Part shown: positions 23,035 to 32,802 of the stretch, in pieces
How the letters are laid out: the number at the start of each line of letters is the position of its first letter
Position numbering within the stretch: position 1 is the first letter of the stretch
Assembly (NCBI GenBank): GCA_028749215.1
Contig: JAQUOA010000001.1
Coordinates: 7,379 to 71,378, forward strand
Origin: Bacteroidota bacterium
GTDB lineage: Bacteria; Bacteroidota; Ignavibacteria; UBA10030; UBA8401
Reading direction: 5' to 3'
Length of the DNA: 64,000 bases
Position numbers and translations under genes: made by a program
The notes under the pieces: model-generated
Databases searched by the model: none
What the model saw: only the letters and a program-made list of their open reading frames with translations
What the model was told of the DNA's origin: nothing

Positions 23035-23706
23035 TTAAATGTTGGAAGACGGGCAAAGAAGAGACAACAGACATCGGTCACAAAGAGGTTTGCGGGCAGG
23101 ACAAATTTTTTTGCCATGAAGAATTAAAGCATTTGAAAAATGGAACCACTTTTTTTTGGGCACCAGCGACATAAGATCTTGTTCAACCTTTACGGCGTCC
23201 TCATTTTTTGTCAAGCCCAAACGTTGTGAAAGTCGTAAGACGTGCGTATCGACTACAACGCCTTCTATTTTCTGAAACGCTTCACCGAGCACAACATTAG
23301 CTGTTTTTCTGCCGACTCCCGGAAGTTGGATGAGTTCTTCCATGGTGTGCGGTACTCTTCCCTGATGCTTTTCCAACACTGTTTTTGCGCAGGCAATAAT
23401 ATTTCGCGCTTTGTTGTGGTAAAAGCCGGTGGAATGAATCAGCTTTTCTAATAGACGCACATCTGCAGTTGCAAAATCTTCTATTGTTAAAAATTGTGCA
23501 AAGAGCCCGGGAGTTACGAGATTAACACGGACATCCGTACACTGTGCCGATAAAATTACTGCAACAACCAAATGAAAATGTGATGAATACTGAAGGGCGG
23601 TGTTTGTACTGCGGTATTCTTTTTGAAGGAGTTTTTCAATTTCCTTAGTGCGAGCTTTTTTTTGCTCAAAAGATTCTTTTGATATACCTTTAAGCAATTT
23701 TTTCAA
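23035..23706 (-). CDS. nth: Endonuclease III (DNA glycosylase/AP lyase)
   Basis: The 223-aa ORF has an HhH-GPD motif (LPGVGRKTANVVL) and a C-terminal 4Fe-4S cluster loop (CPARKPLCDRCLLSLLC). Confidence 0.9.
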   Translation of the reverse strand: MKKLLKGISKESFEQKKARTKEIEKLLQKEYRSTNTALQYSSHFHLVVAVILSAQCTDVRVNLVTPGLFAQFLTIEDFATADVRLLEKLIHSTGFYHNKARNIIACAKTVLEKHQGRVPHTMEELIQLPGVGRKTANVVLGEAFQKIEGVVVDTHVLRLSQRLGLTKNEDAVKVEQDLMSLVPKKKWFHFSNALILHGKKICPARKPLCDRCLLSLLCPSSNI

Positions 23707-24577
23707 GAACGATTAAAGATCCTTGTGTAGTGAGTGCATCTTCTAAATCGTCATCATCACCAACCAACGACATGATGATGCTTCCTAAAGGATGTTTATT
23801 TACATCAACACCAAACTCAAGTTGAAATTGCGAAGAAAATCCCATGACGAAAGAACGCTTGGCAAGCCGGATATTTTTTACACCAAATTGTTCAAGTAAC
23901 GTTGCACGTTTTGTATGGAGCTTTTCCACGATGGAATCCGGTGCATTGAAGTTCATAACAACTTCATGGCTTGTCGCTGAATTATCATATGCAATGGTAA
24001 AAACTGTTGAAGAGAGCGAATCATTGATGACTGCATATTCCAAGTCAGGATTTTTTTCTGCAAAGGCATCAAATTTCAATTTAATCAAAGGTACCGTTGC
24101 GAATTCATCAACCATAAATGATGAATAATACAGAGTTCCAGAATTCTTCCCTGTCGCAACTCCCGCATTGGCAAGCAATGTTTTACCATTTTTTAAAATC
24201 CGCCGAACCACACCAACCAGTTGGCGATGAAGCGGAACATGTTGCGGTTCAATTACACGGAATGAAGATTGTCGCACTGTGGAAAGTGATTTTCCTTTTC
24301 CAAGCTGCGATGCTGCATGCTCAAGATTTTCGCGGATCAATAGTTCTATGTCGTCTTTATCTGATTTTAATGGCGTTGAAAGGAATTGAGCCAGCCCTCC
24401 GCGGAGATTCGCAACGCTTTTCTGAATTGTGTCTGCCGCATCCTTTTTTGATTCAGTTATTTCCCTTTCAAGCTCAGAACCAAGCGCAGCATGCAGTCCT
24501 GCAAAAAATGAAGAATCAGTCTGCTCAGATTCTTTTCCGCTTCGTTGAAGTAGAATTGAATAAATGAATTGGTCCAT
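23690..24577 (-). CDS. Hypothetical protein (295 aa), no recognisable domain
   Basis: A long ORF with good, non-repetitive coding-like composition. It overlaps the nth start by 17 nt and sits 3 nt from the upstream ferredoxin-like gene, so it is likely co-transcribed. Confidence 0.5.
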   Translation of the reverse strand: MDQFIYSILLQRSGKESEQTDSSFFAGLHAALGSELEREITESKKDAADTIQKSVANLRGGLAQFLSTPLKSDKDDIELLIRENLEHAASQLGKGKSLSTVRQSSFRVIEPQHVPLHRQLVGVVRRILKNGKTLLANAGVATGKNSGTLYYSSFMVDEFATVPLIKLKFDAFAEKNPDLEYAVINDSLSSTVFTIAYDNSATSHEVVMNFNAPDSIVEKLHTKRATLLEQFGVKNIRLAKRSFVMGFSSQFQLEFGVDVNKHPLGSIIMSLVGDDDDLEDALTTQGSLIVLEKIA

Positions 24578-24580
24578 AGG

Positions 24581-24937
24581 TTACCGTTTTACGGGTTCAA
24601 CGTGAGTGTCTGTATCAAATTTTAGATTGTTAATTTTTAATCGTTCCACAACTCTGCCGTGCAGAATGTGTTCACTCACAAGATCTTCAACGTCGTCTAC
24701 TGTTACACCGCCGTACCAAACTGCTTCAGGGTAAATTACCATCGTCGCACCATATTCACAAGCGTCTAAACACCCAGAATTATTTATTCTGATTATAGAA
24801 CTCAATCCAAGTGTTTTTAGTTCACCCTTCAGTTTATCACGAACCTTAGCAGATCCTTTATGCAGACAGCATCCTTTAGGATGGTCTTTTGGCCTTTCGT
24901 TCGTGCAGACAAAGATATGCTTTTGAAATCGCCTCAT
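24581..24937 (-). CDS. Thioredoxin-like [2Fe-2S] ferredoxin (NuoE-like fold)
   Basis: The 118-aa ORF has a cysteine pattern (IFVCTNERP...GCC...SGCLDACEYGA) characteristic of thioredoxin-like 2Fe-2S ferredoxins. Confidence 0.65.
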   Translation of the reverse strand: MRRFQKHIFVCTNERPKDHPKGCCLHKGSAKVRDKLKGELKTLGLSSIIRINNSGCLDACEYGATMVIYPEAVWYGGVTVDDVEDLVSEHILHGRVVERLKINNLKFDTDTHVEPVKR

Positions 24938-24966
24938 ATCATCACTATACTAATAAATCCGCAAAT

Positions 24967-24993
24967 AAAAAATCCCGACAGTTGATATCGGGA
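24967..24993 (-). terminator. Hairpin with a U tract downstream of tRNA-Lys
   Basis: A 6-bp stem tcccga/tcggga with a 9-nt loop is followed on the minus transcript by ttttttattt. Confidence 0.45.
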
Positions 24994-25007
24994 GTTATTG
25001 TTATTTG

Positions 25008-25080
25008 TGCACCCACCAGGACTCGAACCTGGAACCCACTGATTAAGAGTCAGTTGCTCTACCAATTGAGCCATGGATGC
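25008..25080 (-). tRNA. tRNA-Lys (anticodon CTT)
   Basis: The reverse complement reads GCATCCATGGCTCAATTGGTAGAGCAACTGACTCTTAATCAGTGGGTTCCAGGTTCGAGTCCTGGTGGGTGCA. It folds as a cloverleaf with anticodon loop CTCTTAA. Confidence 0.9.
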
Positions 25081-25131
25081 AAGTATTCACATCAAAATTT
25101 CCACCGCAAATGATGAGAGACCCCACTACAC

Positions 25132-25467
25132 TTATTTATTTTGTGTAGGTGTTGGTTGATTTTGAATTGGAATTTGCGCAGCGGGTACAGATGTCGTTTT
25201 TCCACTTTGAATTACAGATTCGGCAGTTTTGCCTTTACCAGGAAGGAAAAATAAATTGACTGCCAAAGACAAAACGATAAAAGCCCCTGCAAGATATGAT
25301 GTTGCTTTGGAAAGAAAATCTGATGTTCGACGAACACCGAATACTGTTCCAATACTTCCACCCCCAAAACTTGCAGAAAGTCCACCACCTTTGCTGTTTT
25401 GCAGCAAAATGACGATAATTAAAAGGATGGCAATAATGATTTCCAGAAAAATGAGAAACGTATACAT
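25132..25467 (-). CDS. secG: Preprotein translocase subunit SecG
   Basis: The 111-aa ORF has two TM helices and the Gly-rich motif LLQNSKGGGLSASFGGG, typical of SecG. Confidence 0.8.
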   Translation of the reverse strand: MYTFLIFLEIIIAILLIIVILLQNSKGGGLSASFGGGSIGTVFGVRRTSDFLSKATSYLAGAFIVLSLAVNLFFLPGKGKTAESVIQSGKTTSVPAAQIPIQNQPTPTQNK

Positions 25468-25549
25468 GATGTTCCTTGTTGATGATAATAGCTTTTGAAA
25501 TTTTCTAATACAAAATTATGAAAAAACTCAAGCAAAATCAAGGTAAGAA

Positions 25550-26419
25550 ATGAAAGAAGACGAAACTATCAAAAAATTTGATCCGTCCCGCCGAGAGTTT
25601 ATCCAGCATGGAATTATTGGAATATCGGCACTTTCTTTTGTTGGAACCTCGACTAATGTTACTGAAACCGACACGTATGATATTTTCAATCAGACAATTA
25701 CCATCCCCAATCTGCCGGAGCAATTTAAAGGCTTTACTATTGGGATGTTAAGCGATATCCATTCCTGTGCCTTTATGAATAAGGAGGATATGGATGGCTA
25801 TGTAAAGGCAATGAGTGAATTAAATACTGACTTGGTGGTTGTAACGGGAGATTTTGTCAATAGTCAAACTGAGGAAGTGTATCCTTTTGCCGAAGCATTT
25901 TCAAATTTAAAAGCTCCGTATGGAATTTATGGATGTTTGGGCAATCACGATTACTTTGCCAAGGATGTTGAGCGTGTAGCGAAAGAAGTCAATGATTGTG
26001 GAGTAAAACTTCTCAGGAACGATTCAGTAAAAATTTGGAAAGATGATTCATTCATCAACTTCGTTGGCGTAGATGATATTGGCCGTGGAGTAAATGCGGA
26101 TGACTATCTGACAAAAGCGTTATCTTCGGCAAAGAATACTAATCCTAAAATTTTACTCTGCCATAAGCCATATTATTTTGAAAATGCAAAAAAATTTGGC
26201 ATCGAATTGACACTCAGCGGGCATACGCACGGAGGGCAAATTGTGTTTGCCAAAATTGATGGGATCAATATCTCCCTCGCTGCTTTTTTCTCAAAATATA
26301 TCGCCGGATTGTACTATCTCGACACATCGCAAATGTATGTCAACCGAGGTATCGGCACCGTAGGCATTCCTCTGCGCATCAACTGCCCGCCCGAACTTAC
26401 AAAGATTACGTTGGCATAA
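25550..26419 (+). CDS. Calcineurin-like metallophosphoesterase with a Tat-type signal
   Basis: The 289-aa ORF has an N-terminal twin-arginine-like motif (SRREFIQHGIIGISALSF) and metallophosphatase motifs (GDFVN; GNHD; GHTHGGQ). Confidence 0.8.
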   Translation: MKEDETIKKFDPSRREFIQHGIIGISALSFVGTSTNVTETDTYDIFNQTITIPNLPEQFKGFTIGMLSDIHSCAFMNKEDMDGYVKAMSELNTDLVVVTGDFVNSQTEEVYPFAEAFSNLKAPYGIYGCLGNHDYFAKDVERVAKEVNDCGVKLLRNDSVKIWKDDSFINFVGVDDIGRGVNADDYLTKALSSAKNTNPKILLCHKPYYFENAKKFGIELTLSGHTHGGQIVFAKIDGINISLAAFFSKYIAGLYYLDTSQMYVNRGIGTVGIPLRINCPPELTKITLA

Positions 26420-26497
26420 TTTTCTTTTGATATTAGAACGTGTTTTCTCTATATTTCTCCGCAGTTCACAACTCGAAAATTTATCTATTGAGATTTT

Positions 26498-27067
26498 ATG
26501 GAAGTCACACAACAACAAGCTCCCAAAGATATCGGTTGGATTGAAGTAGTTGTCGGATGTATGTTCAGCGGAAAAACTGAAGAACTCATCCGCCGCCTTC
26601 GACGCGCACAAATCGCACGACAAAAAGTGCTCATCTTTAAACCCCGCATTGATAACCGGTACAGCTCTACACAAATCGTTTCACACAACACACAAGCTCT
26701 CGAATCCATCGTCATTGACAAGCCGCAAGAGATATTAAAATTGTCAAAAGACGCCCAAGTCATCGGCGTCGATGAAGGTCAATTTTTTGATTTGTCACTG
26801 GTTGATGTGTGTGAACAGTTAGCCAATGACGGTAAGCGTGTGATTGTTGCCGGACTTGATCAAGATTATCGCGGTAAACCCTTCGAACCAATGCCGCAGC
26901 TTCTCTCCATCGCGGAATACATAACCAAGACCCTCGCTATTTGTGTCGTGTGCGGAAATCCTGCCGACCGAACACAGCGTAAAATTGTTTCAGCAGATCG
27001 TGTGGTTGTTGGAGCCGCAGATTCCTATGAAGCGCGTTGCAGAAAATGTCACTATATACCCGAATAA
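26498..27067 (+). CDS. tdk: Thymidine kinase
   Basis: The 189-aa ORF has a P-loop ([14 protein letters not shown]), an [12 protein letters not shown] motif and a C-terminal zinc ribbon (CVVCG...CRKC). Confidence 0.9.
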   Translation: MEVTQQQAPKDIGWIEVVVGCMFSGKTEELIRRLRRAQIARQKVLIFKPRIDNRYSSTQIVSHNTQALESIVIDKPQEILKLSKDAQVIGVDEGQFFDLSLVDVCEQLANDGKRVIVAGLDQDYRGKPFEPMPQLLSIAEYITKTLAICVVCGNPADRTQRKIVSADRVVVGAADSYEARCRKCHYIPE

Positions 27068-27123
27068 TTATTTTGATCGGAAAATTTTCTTCCTAATCAA
27101 TTTTTTGTTTAAGAAAGGATCGT

Positions 27124-28446
27124 ATGGATATTCTCGGAATTGTACATGGTCTTATCGGATTGGTCGTCGTGGTAGGTATCGCCTTCGCATTTTCCAATAA
27201 TAGGCGGTTAGTAAATTGGCGCTTAGTCGGAACGGGAATTGCGCTTCAATTTCTCTTTGCGTTCATCGTACTGAAAACCGACATTGGACGATCGATATTC
27301 CGGGGAATCAGCACAGGGTTTGTTAAACTGCTTGAATTTACAACCGAAGGAGCAACATTTGTTTTTGGCGGATTGGCGATCGGTCCGGCGGCGCCTGGTA
27401 CAATGGGATTCTTTTTTGCTTTTCAAGTTCTTCCAACAATAATCTTTTTTGCTTCGCTTATGTCTGTGTTCTATTACTTGGGAATCATGCAGAAAATTGT
27501 TCAAGGGATTGCATGGTTTATGGCAAAAGTTCTTGGCACGAGCGGAGCAGAATCATTGTCAGTTGCCGCGAGTGTTTTCATCGGACAAACGGAAGCTCCC
27601 CTTACCGTTCGGCCGTACATTGCAACAATGACAAACTCAGAATTATTGACAATGATGATCGGAGGAATGGCACACATCTCCGGCGGCGTAATGGCTGCGT
27701 ATGTGCAAATGCTTGGTATTGCATTTGCTAAAGCAAATGGATGGGAATTAGATACTGCGCAAATTCAATTTGCAGGACATCTTCTTGCAGCAAGTGTAAT
27801 GTCTGCACCCGCAACGATGATCATCGCAAAGGTATTGATTCCCGAGGTTGAACAGCCATTGACCAAAGGGACTGTGAAATTACAAATTGAAAAAACACAT
27901 TCAAATGTGATTGAAGCTGCTGCGGGCGGGGCATCGGACGGTGTGAAACTTGCCATCAATGTTGCCGCGATGCTTGTAGCATTTGTTGCTTTGATTGCAT
28001 TACTAAATGGATTGCTCGGATGGGTCGGTTGGGTTACCGGTTTAAATGTAATGTTACAATCGAATTATGGACACCCTCTTTCTTTGGAATTGCTGTTCGG
28101 GTTGATTCTGCAATTTGTGGCATTTGCTATTGGCGTGCCGTGGCATGACGCTTTAAATGTCGGAAGTTTGATGGGAATTAAAACTGTACTTAACGAATTT
28201 GTCGCATACTCAAAACTTGCGGATATGATCTCGGCAAAAATGCTGTCACCAAAAGCCATCACTATCGCAACCTATGCTCTCTGCGGATTTGCAAATTTCT
28301 CTTCCATTGCAATTCAGATTGGTGGCATTTCTCCGCTGGCTGAAAATCGCAGAAGTGATATTGCCAGATTTGGATTGCGTGCACTTCTTGGCGGTACAAT
28401 TGCAACCTTGATGACAGCAACGATCGCCGGAATTTTGGTTGGATAA
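27124..28446 (+). CDS. nupC: Concentrative nucleoside transporter (NupC/CNT family)
   Basis: The 440-aa polytopic membrane protein has CNT family conserved segments (GQTEAPLTVRPYI; GMAHISGGVMAAY). Confidence 0.85.
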   Translation: MDILGIVHGLIGLVVVVGIAFAFSNNRRLVNWRLVGTGIALQFLFAFIVLKTDIGRSIFRGISTGFVKLLEFTTEGATFVFGGLAIGPAAPGTMGFFFAFQVLPTIIFFASLMSVFYYLGIMQKIVQGIAWFMAKVLGTSGAESLSVAASVFIGQTEAPLTVRPYIATMTNSELLTMMIGGMAHISGGVMAAYVQMLGIAFAKANGWELDTAQIQFAGHLLAASVMSAPATMIIAKVLIPEVEQPLTKGTVKLQIEKTHSNVIEAAAGGASDGVKLAINVAAMLVAFVALIALLNGLLGWVGWVTGLNVMLQSNYGHPLSLELLFGLILQFVAFAIGVPWHDALNVGSLMGIKTVLNEFVAYSKLADMISAKMLSPKAITIATYALCGFANFSSIAIQIGGISPLAENRRSDIARFGLRALLGGTIATLMTATIAGILVG

Positions 28447-29272
28447 TTTTAATATGCTTCAGGAAAGTTTAAAATATATTAACTCTAAAATTTCAACCAA
28501 ACCAAAAATCGGAGTTGTGCTTGGTTCGGGGCTTGGTGATTTTGGAACACTGGTAAAAAATCCGCAAATCATTTCAACAAAAGATATCCCACACTATCCT
28601 GTTTCGTCTGTTCAAGGGCATTCAGGAAAAATTATTTTCGGGAAAATAAAATTTGAAGGAAAAGAATCTCCCGAACTGATGGTGTTTCAAGGCCGGATTC
28701 ATTTTTATGAGACCAATGATGTGCAAAAAGTAGTCTACCCTATTCAAATTGCTTCGGCACTTGGAGTTGAAATTCTTTTGATTACAAACGCCGCCGGTGG
28801 AATTAATCGAAAGTTTGAATCCGGAACACTTATGTTCATTCGCGATTATATAAATCTTACAGGAGAAAATCCGCTTATCGGTAATACCGTGTCTAATATA
28901 GTTCCAAACAATATTACTCATGAAGTTTTTGACAAAGCTCTTTTACGAAAAGCAAAATCATTGGCATCGGAACACAAGATTCCAACCGAAGAAGGTGTTT
29001 ATGTTTGGACAAAAGGACCGACGTATGAAAGCGCAGCAGAAATTCGAATGATGGGAAAAATTGGATCCGATGCAGTGGGAATGTCTACCGTTCCAGAAGT
29101 TATACTGGCAAATCACTTGGGATTAAAAGTTCTTGGTATTTCATGTATCACAAACATGGCAACAGGAATCTCCCCGACAAAACTTTCTCATGCTGAAGTG
29201 AACGAAACAGCAAACCGAGTAAAAAATAATTTTACAAAATTGGTTTCATCAATTTTAGTGAATACGTTTTAA
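28439..29272 (+). CDS. Purine nucleoside phosphorylase (PNP family I, trimeric/inosine-guanosine type)
   Basis: The 277-aa ORF has a PNP/UDP motif (GVVLGSGLGDFG ... VGMSTVPEVILANHLGLKVLGISCITN). It overlaps the nupC end by 8 nt, and an alternative start Met sits 15 nt downstream. Confidence 0.85.
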   Translation: MDNFNMLQESLKYINSKISTKPKIGVVLGSGLGDFGTLVKNPQIISTKDIPHYPVSSVQGHSGKIIFGKIKFEGKESPELMVFQGRIHFYETNDVQKVVYPIQIASALGVEILLITNAAGGINRKFESGTLMFIRDYINLTGENPLIGNTVSNIVPNNITHEVFDKALLRKAKSLASEHKIPTEEGVYVWTKGPTYESAAEIRMMGKIGSDAVGMSTVPEVILANHLGLKVLGISCITNMATGISPTKLSHAEVNETANRVKNNFTKLVSSILVNTF

Positions 29273-29312
29273 CTGATAGAACGGCATCTTATCAGCCTTC
29301 TCCAACATGGTT

Positions 29313-29732
29313 TCATCCAAAAATTTGATATAGCATCAAGTAAACAACAACACCAGTCACCGATACATACGACCACACATAGAAGGTTTTTTTCGATATT
29401 TTTTTGTGCAGATCATACTTCCCTTTCAGCCCTCTATAAAAAGTAACAACTGCCATCGGCACGACAACAATGGCGAGAATGGTGTGTGAAATAAGAATGG
29501 CGAAATAGATCGGCCTGCTTAAACCTGTCCCCTGAAATTTTACAGACCCGATTTGAGCATGATAAATTAAATAGCTGACTAAAAACAACATTGAAGTTAC
29601 GGCGGCTGCCAACATGAATTTTTTGTGTCTCTCTTTATTCCCTATTCTGATTTGTTTAAATCCGAAGAGAAGGAACATAAAGCTGGTAAAATTCAAGAAG
29701 GCGTTAAGAGTCGGAAGATCATGAAAGTTCAT
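29313..29732 (-). CDS. DUF420 family membrane protein (heme-copper oxidase assembly associated)
   Basis: The 139-aa ORF has 4 TM helices. It overlaps the ctaB 3' end by 4 nt, the typical Bacteroidetes ctaA-ctaB-DUF420 arrangement. Confidence 0.7.
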   Translation of the reverse strand: MNFHDLPTLNAFLNFTSFMFLLFGFKQIRIGNKERHKKFMLAAAVTSMLFLVSYLIYHAQIGSVKFQGTGLSRPIYFAILISHTILAIVVVPMAVVTFYRGLKGKYDLHKKISKKTFYVWSYVSVTGVVVYLMLYQIFG

Positions 29733-30658
29733 TGCGCGGCCTTAAACAAAATCATTGCAGAGAAAATAAGCGGGATATAAACTAATGAAGCAAAAAATAA
29801 ATTTTTCGCTGCCAATCCCGAATGTTCAGATTGTACATTCCGAAAAAATCGAATCCCGAAAAACAGAAATCCAAATCCTACCGCCAAAGCAACAGGAATA
29901 TATTCTACATCCACCAACCCTACAATGGCCGGAGAAACCCCAATAAAGAGGAGTACCGTTTGATTAAAAATTATCTGTCTCGAGACTCGGCTTCCTTTAA
30001 TATCAACAATCGTCAACAAACGAAATCCGGCTTTTGCATAATCTGTTCGATACAACCACCCGATAGAATAAAAATGAGGAAGCTGCCAATAGAATAAAAT
30101 AGCAAACAGTGTTAGCGCCTCAACAGAAAGAGATCGTTGTATTGCTGACCACCCGATTAATGTTGGTAACGCTCCGGGAATTGCTCCAATAATAGTTGAA
30201 ATAGTTGATATTCGTTTCAACGGTGTGTAAAGAAAAAGATATGTTACCAATGTTGAAAGAGCCAAGACTGCTGCAAGCCAATGAATTATGTAAAGAACTG
30301 CAGCTCCTACTAACGATATACTAATTCCAAAAATGAGAGCTTCGTTCGGCGTTAACCGTTCATCGGGAACAGGACGTTTTTCAGTTCTCTTCATTAACGC
30401 ATCATACTCATGTTCAAAATATTGATTCAACGCTCCGGATCCTCCGCCGACAAGCAAGGTTCCGAGAGCCAGCAGAGGGAAAATGGAAATTTGTATTTCT
30501 TGTGTAGTTTGAATCGCAAGATAAGCGCTGCACAAGGCGGTAAAAACGGAAAGTAATGTCAACTCTGGTTTCATTAGCAACCAAAAATCATTCACGATCC
30601 GCAACAAGGGTCGTTTGAGAACTATCTCTTCGTTCGTTAAGGGGGTTGGCTTGTCCAT
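29729..30658 (-). CDS. ctaB: Protoheme IX farnesyltransferase (heme O synthase)
   Basis: The 309-aa UbiA-family prenyltransferase has the motif GALNQYFEHEYDALM. Confidence 0.9.
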   Translation of the reverse strand: MDKPTPLTNEEIVLKRPLLRIVNDFWLLMKPELTLLSVFTALCSAYLAIQTTQEIQISIFPLLALGTLLVGGGSGALNQYFEHEYDALMKRTEKRPVPDERLTPNEALIFGISISLVGAAVLYIIHWLAAVLALSTLVTYLFLYTPLKRISTISTIIGAIPGALPTLIGWSAIQRSLSVEALTLFAILFYWQLPHFYSIGWLYRTDYAKAGFRLLTIVDIKGSRVSRQIIFNQTVLLFIGVSPAIVGLVDVEYIPVALAVGFGFLFFGIRFFRNVQSEHSGLAAKNLFFASLVYIPLIFSAMILFKAAQ

Positions 30659-31675
30659 TTACCGAGTTGAATTAAAATTGGAAAATCTAAAGCCAAAATA
30701 TTTTGAGACCTGTAACGTTGTCAATACGCACAATACTAATGTAAACGCACCAACAGCAACATGTGCCGTGGTGACCACGACTTCTTTGCGTGTTAATACT
30801 GTCAATGCCCCTAGTGTAAATTGAATTGCTACAGCTGCTATCATCACACCCCCGTTTCTTCGAATTTTTTTTGGGAGAAATTTTGCACGATAGACTTTAA
30901 ATCCTGCACCGATCACTGTTATCGCAACGACATACGCCCACAACCGATGAATCATGTGAATCACAATTTGGTAGCTTTCAATCGGTGTATCCCCCGCCCA
31001 TCGAATTTCCTCGCGAAGTAAGTTTTGATTGTATTGTGCAATTGCATCTCGCGAAATTGTCGGAAATATTTGTCCATATGCCAAAGGAAAATCCGGAACA
31101 GCCAACCCAGAATACGTGTGGCGCAGCAACGCACCCAATGCGAGCTGAATGAAAACAACTATTGAGGCAGCAAGAGGAAAAAATTGAATTGAGATTTCAT
31201 TTATTGAAATCGACATCGGCTCTTCTTCCCTCCACCATTGAGAAGTAAAAAGTGCGATGGAAGAAACGATGCAGAAAAATGTTTGTGCAAGCATTCCGTG
31301 AGCAACCGAAATTGGTACCGGGAGAAGAAACAAAACAGTTAAACCTCCTAAAATTCCTTGAAGCACAACTACGCCAACTGCTCCATAACCAAACCATTTC
31401 ACCCATTTTCGTTCTTCTTTTATCGCAAGCCACACGGCAAGAATAACTGTAAGTATCCCGACAAATGAAGCAAATAACCGGTGCCCATGCTCGTATTTTA
31501 TTCCGCCAACCCATTTATCAATTGGATAGGTGAACATATTTTGACCGTATGTTGTAGGCCAATCTGGCACCGACAGACCTGAACCTGTGCTTGTGACTAG
31601 CCCGCCGATAAAAATTAAAACGAATGTGCAGAATGCAGTAAAGAGAGCAAAGCGATGTAACGCTTTATTAGCCAT
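30659..31675 (-). CDS. ctaA: Heme A synthase (COX15/CtaA family)
   Basis: The 338-aa ORF has 8 TM helices with conserved His pairs (YEHGHRL; HRLWAY). Confidence 0.8.
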   Translation of the reverse strand: MANKALHRFALFTAFCTFVLIFIGGLVTSTGSGLSVPDWPTTYGQNMFTYPIDKWVGGIKYEHGHRLFASFVGILTVILAVWLAIKEERKWVKWFGYGAVGVVVLQGILGGLTVLFLLPVPISVAHGMLAQTFFCIVSSIALFTSQWWREEEPMSISINEISIQFFPLAASIVVFIQLALGALLRHTYSGLAVPDFPLAYGQIFPTISRDAIAQYNQNLLREEIRWAGDTPIESYQIVIHMIHRLWAYVVAITVIGAGFKVYRAKFLPKKIRRNGGVMIAAVAIQFTLGALTVLTRKEVVVTTAHVAVGAFTLVLCVLTTLQVSKYFGFRFSNFNSTR

Positions 31676-31790
31676 AGTTTCCTTTTAAGTTGTGTCAATA
31701 TACGATTATTTCATTTTGGATGACAGACAAACCTTGAATACCCATTCGGTATTCCGTAGATTATACCACCAATTTTTAACGGAGCAAAAA

Positions 31791-32801
31791 ATGAAAAAAA
31801 TAATTCTTCTTTCTGCAATTCTTTCGTCAATTCTCTTCAGTCAAACCGAAAAACATTTTTCCCATCTCACCCAGCTTACCTTTGGCGGTGCAAATGCAGA
31901 AGCGTATTTTTCTTCGGATGGAAAGCAGTTAATTTATCAAGCGACGCGTGATAGTTTCCGTTGTGATCAAATATTTACCATGAATGTCGATGGATCCAAC
32001 AACAGGCTTGTCAGTACAGGCAAAGGACGCACCACATGCGCGTATTTTTATCCAAATGGAAAAAATATTTTATATGCCTCAACCCATGCGACAAACTCTC
32101 AATGTCCACCGGATCCAGATCGTTCCAAAGGGTATGTATGGGGAGTGTTTAACAGCTACGATATTTATACTGCAAATCCTGACGGATCCAATCTTCAGGT
32201 ACTCACAAGTTCCTCCGGATATGATGCGGAAGCGACAATTTCACCGGATGGAAAACAAATCGTATTCACTTCATCTCGGGACGGCGATCTTGAACTTTAT
32301 CTCATGAATGCAGATGGATCCAATGTTCGAAGATTGACACATGATAAAGGGTACGATGGCGGTGCATTTTTTTCTCCTGACGGAAAAAAAATTGTATATC
32401 GCGCACATCATCCTATTGACTCCACTGATCAGCGAGAAGGTGAAGAATTATTAAAACAAGAATTGGTAAAACCATCTCACATGGAAATTTTTGTGATTGA
32501 TGCCGATGGAACAAATAAGCGCCAAATTACCCATAATGGCTCAGCGAACTTTGCCCCCTATTTCACTCCTGACGGCAAGAAAATTATTTTTTCAAGTAAC
32601 ATGCACGACACCAAAGGATATAATTTTGATTTATTTTTGATCGATCTTGACGGGAATAATTTGGAACAAGTTACCTACGATATTGGATTCGACGGCTTTC
32701 CAATGTTTTCGCCCGATGGAAAGAAATTAGTATTTGCTTCAATGCGAACTGCAAAGTCGCGTCATGAAATTAACGTCTTTATAGCTGATTGGATGCCCTA
32801 G
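31791..32801 (+). CDS. TolB-like periplasmic beta-propeller (PD40 repeat) protein
   Basis: The start is reassigned to the internal Met that begins a signal peptide (MKKIILLSAILSSILFSQ) and has a GGAG RBS. The protein carries repeated PD40/WD40-like motifs (YFSSDGKQLIY; ISPDGKQIVFTSSRDG; FFSPDGKKIVY; FTPDGKKIIF; FSPDGKKLVF). Confidence 0.7.
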   Translation: MKKIILLSAILSSILFSQTEKHFSHLTQLTFGGANAEAYFSSDGKQLIYQATRDSFRCDQIFTMNVDGSNNRLVSTGKGRTTCAYFYPNGKNILYASTHATNSQCPPDPDRSKGYVWGVFNSYDIYTANPDGSNLQVLTSSSGYDAEATISPDGKQIVFTSSRDGDLELYLMNADGSNVRRLTHDKGYDGGAFFSPDGKKIVYRAHHPIDSTDQREGEELLKQELVKPSHMEIFVIDADGTNKRQITHNGSANFAPYFTPDGKKIIFSSNMHDTKGYNFDLFLIDLDGNNLEQVTYDIGFDGFPMFSPDGKKLVFASMRTAKSRHEINVFIADWMP

Positions 32802-32802
32802 C

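Noticed and set aside
29273-29312. A weak hairpin (ctgataga...tcttatcag) between the convergent PNP and DUF420 genes
   Set aside because: The stem is imperfect and there is no clear U-tract, so it was not listed as a terminator.
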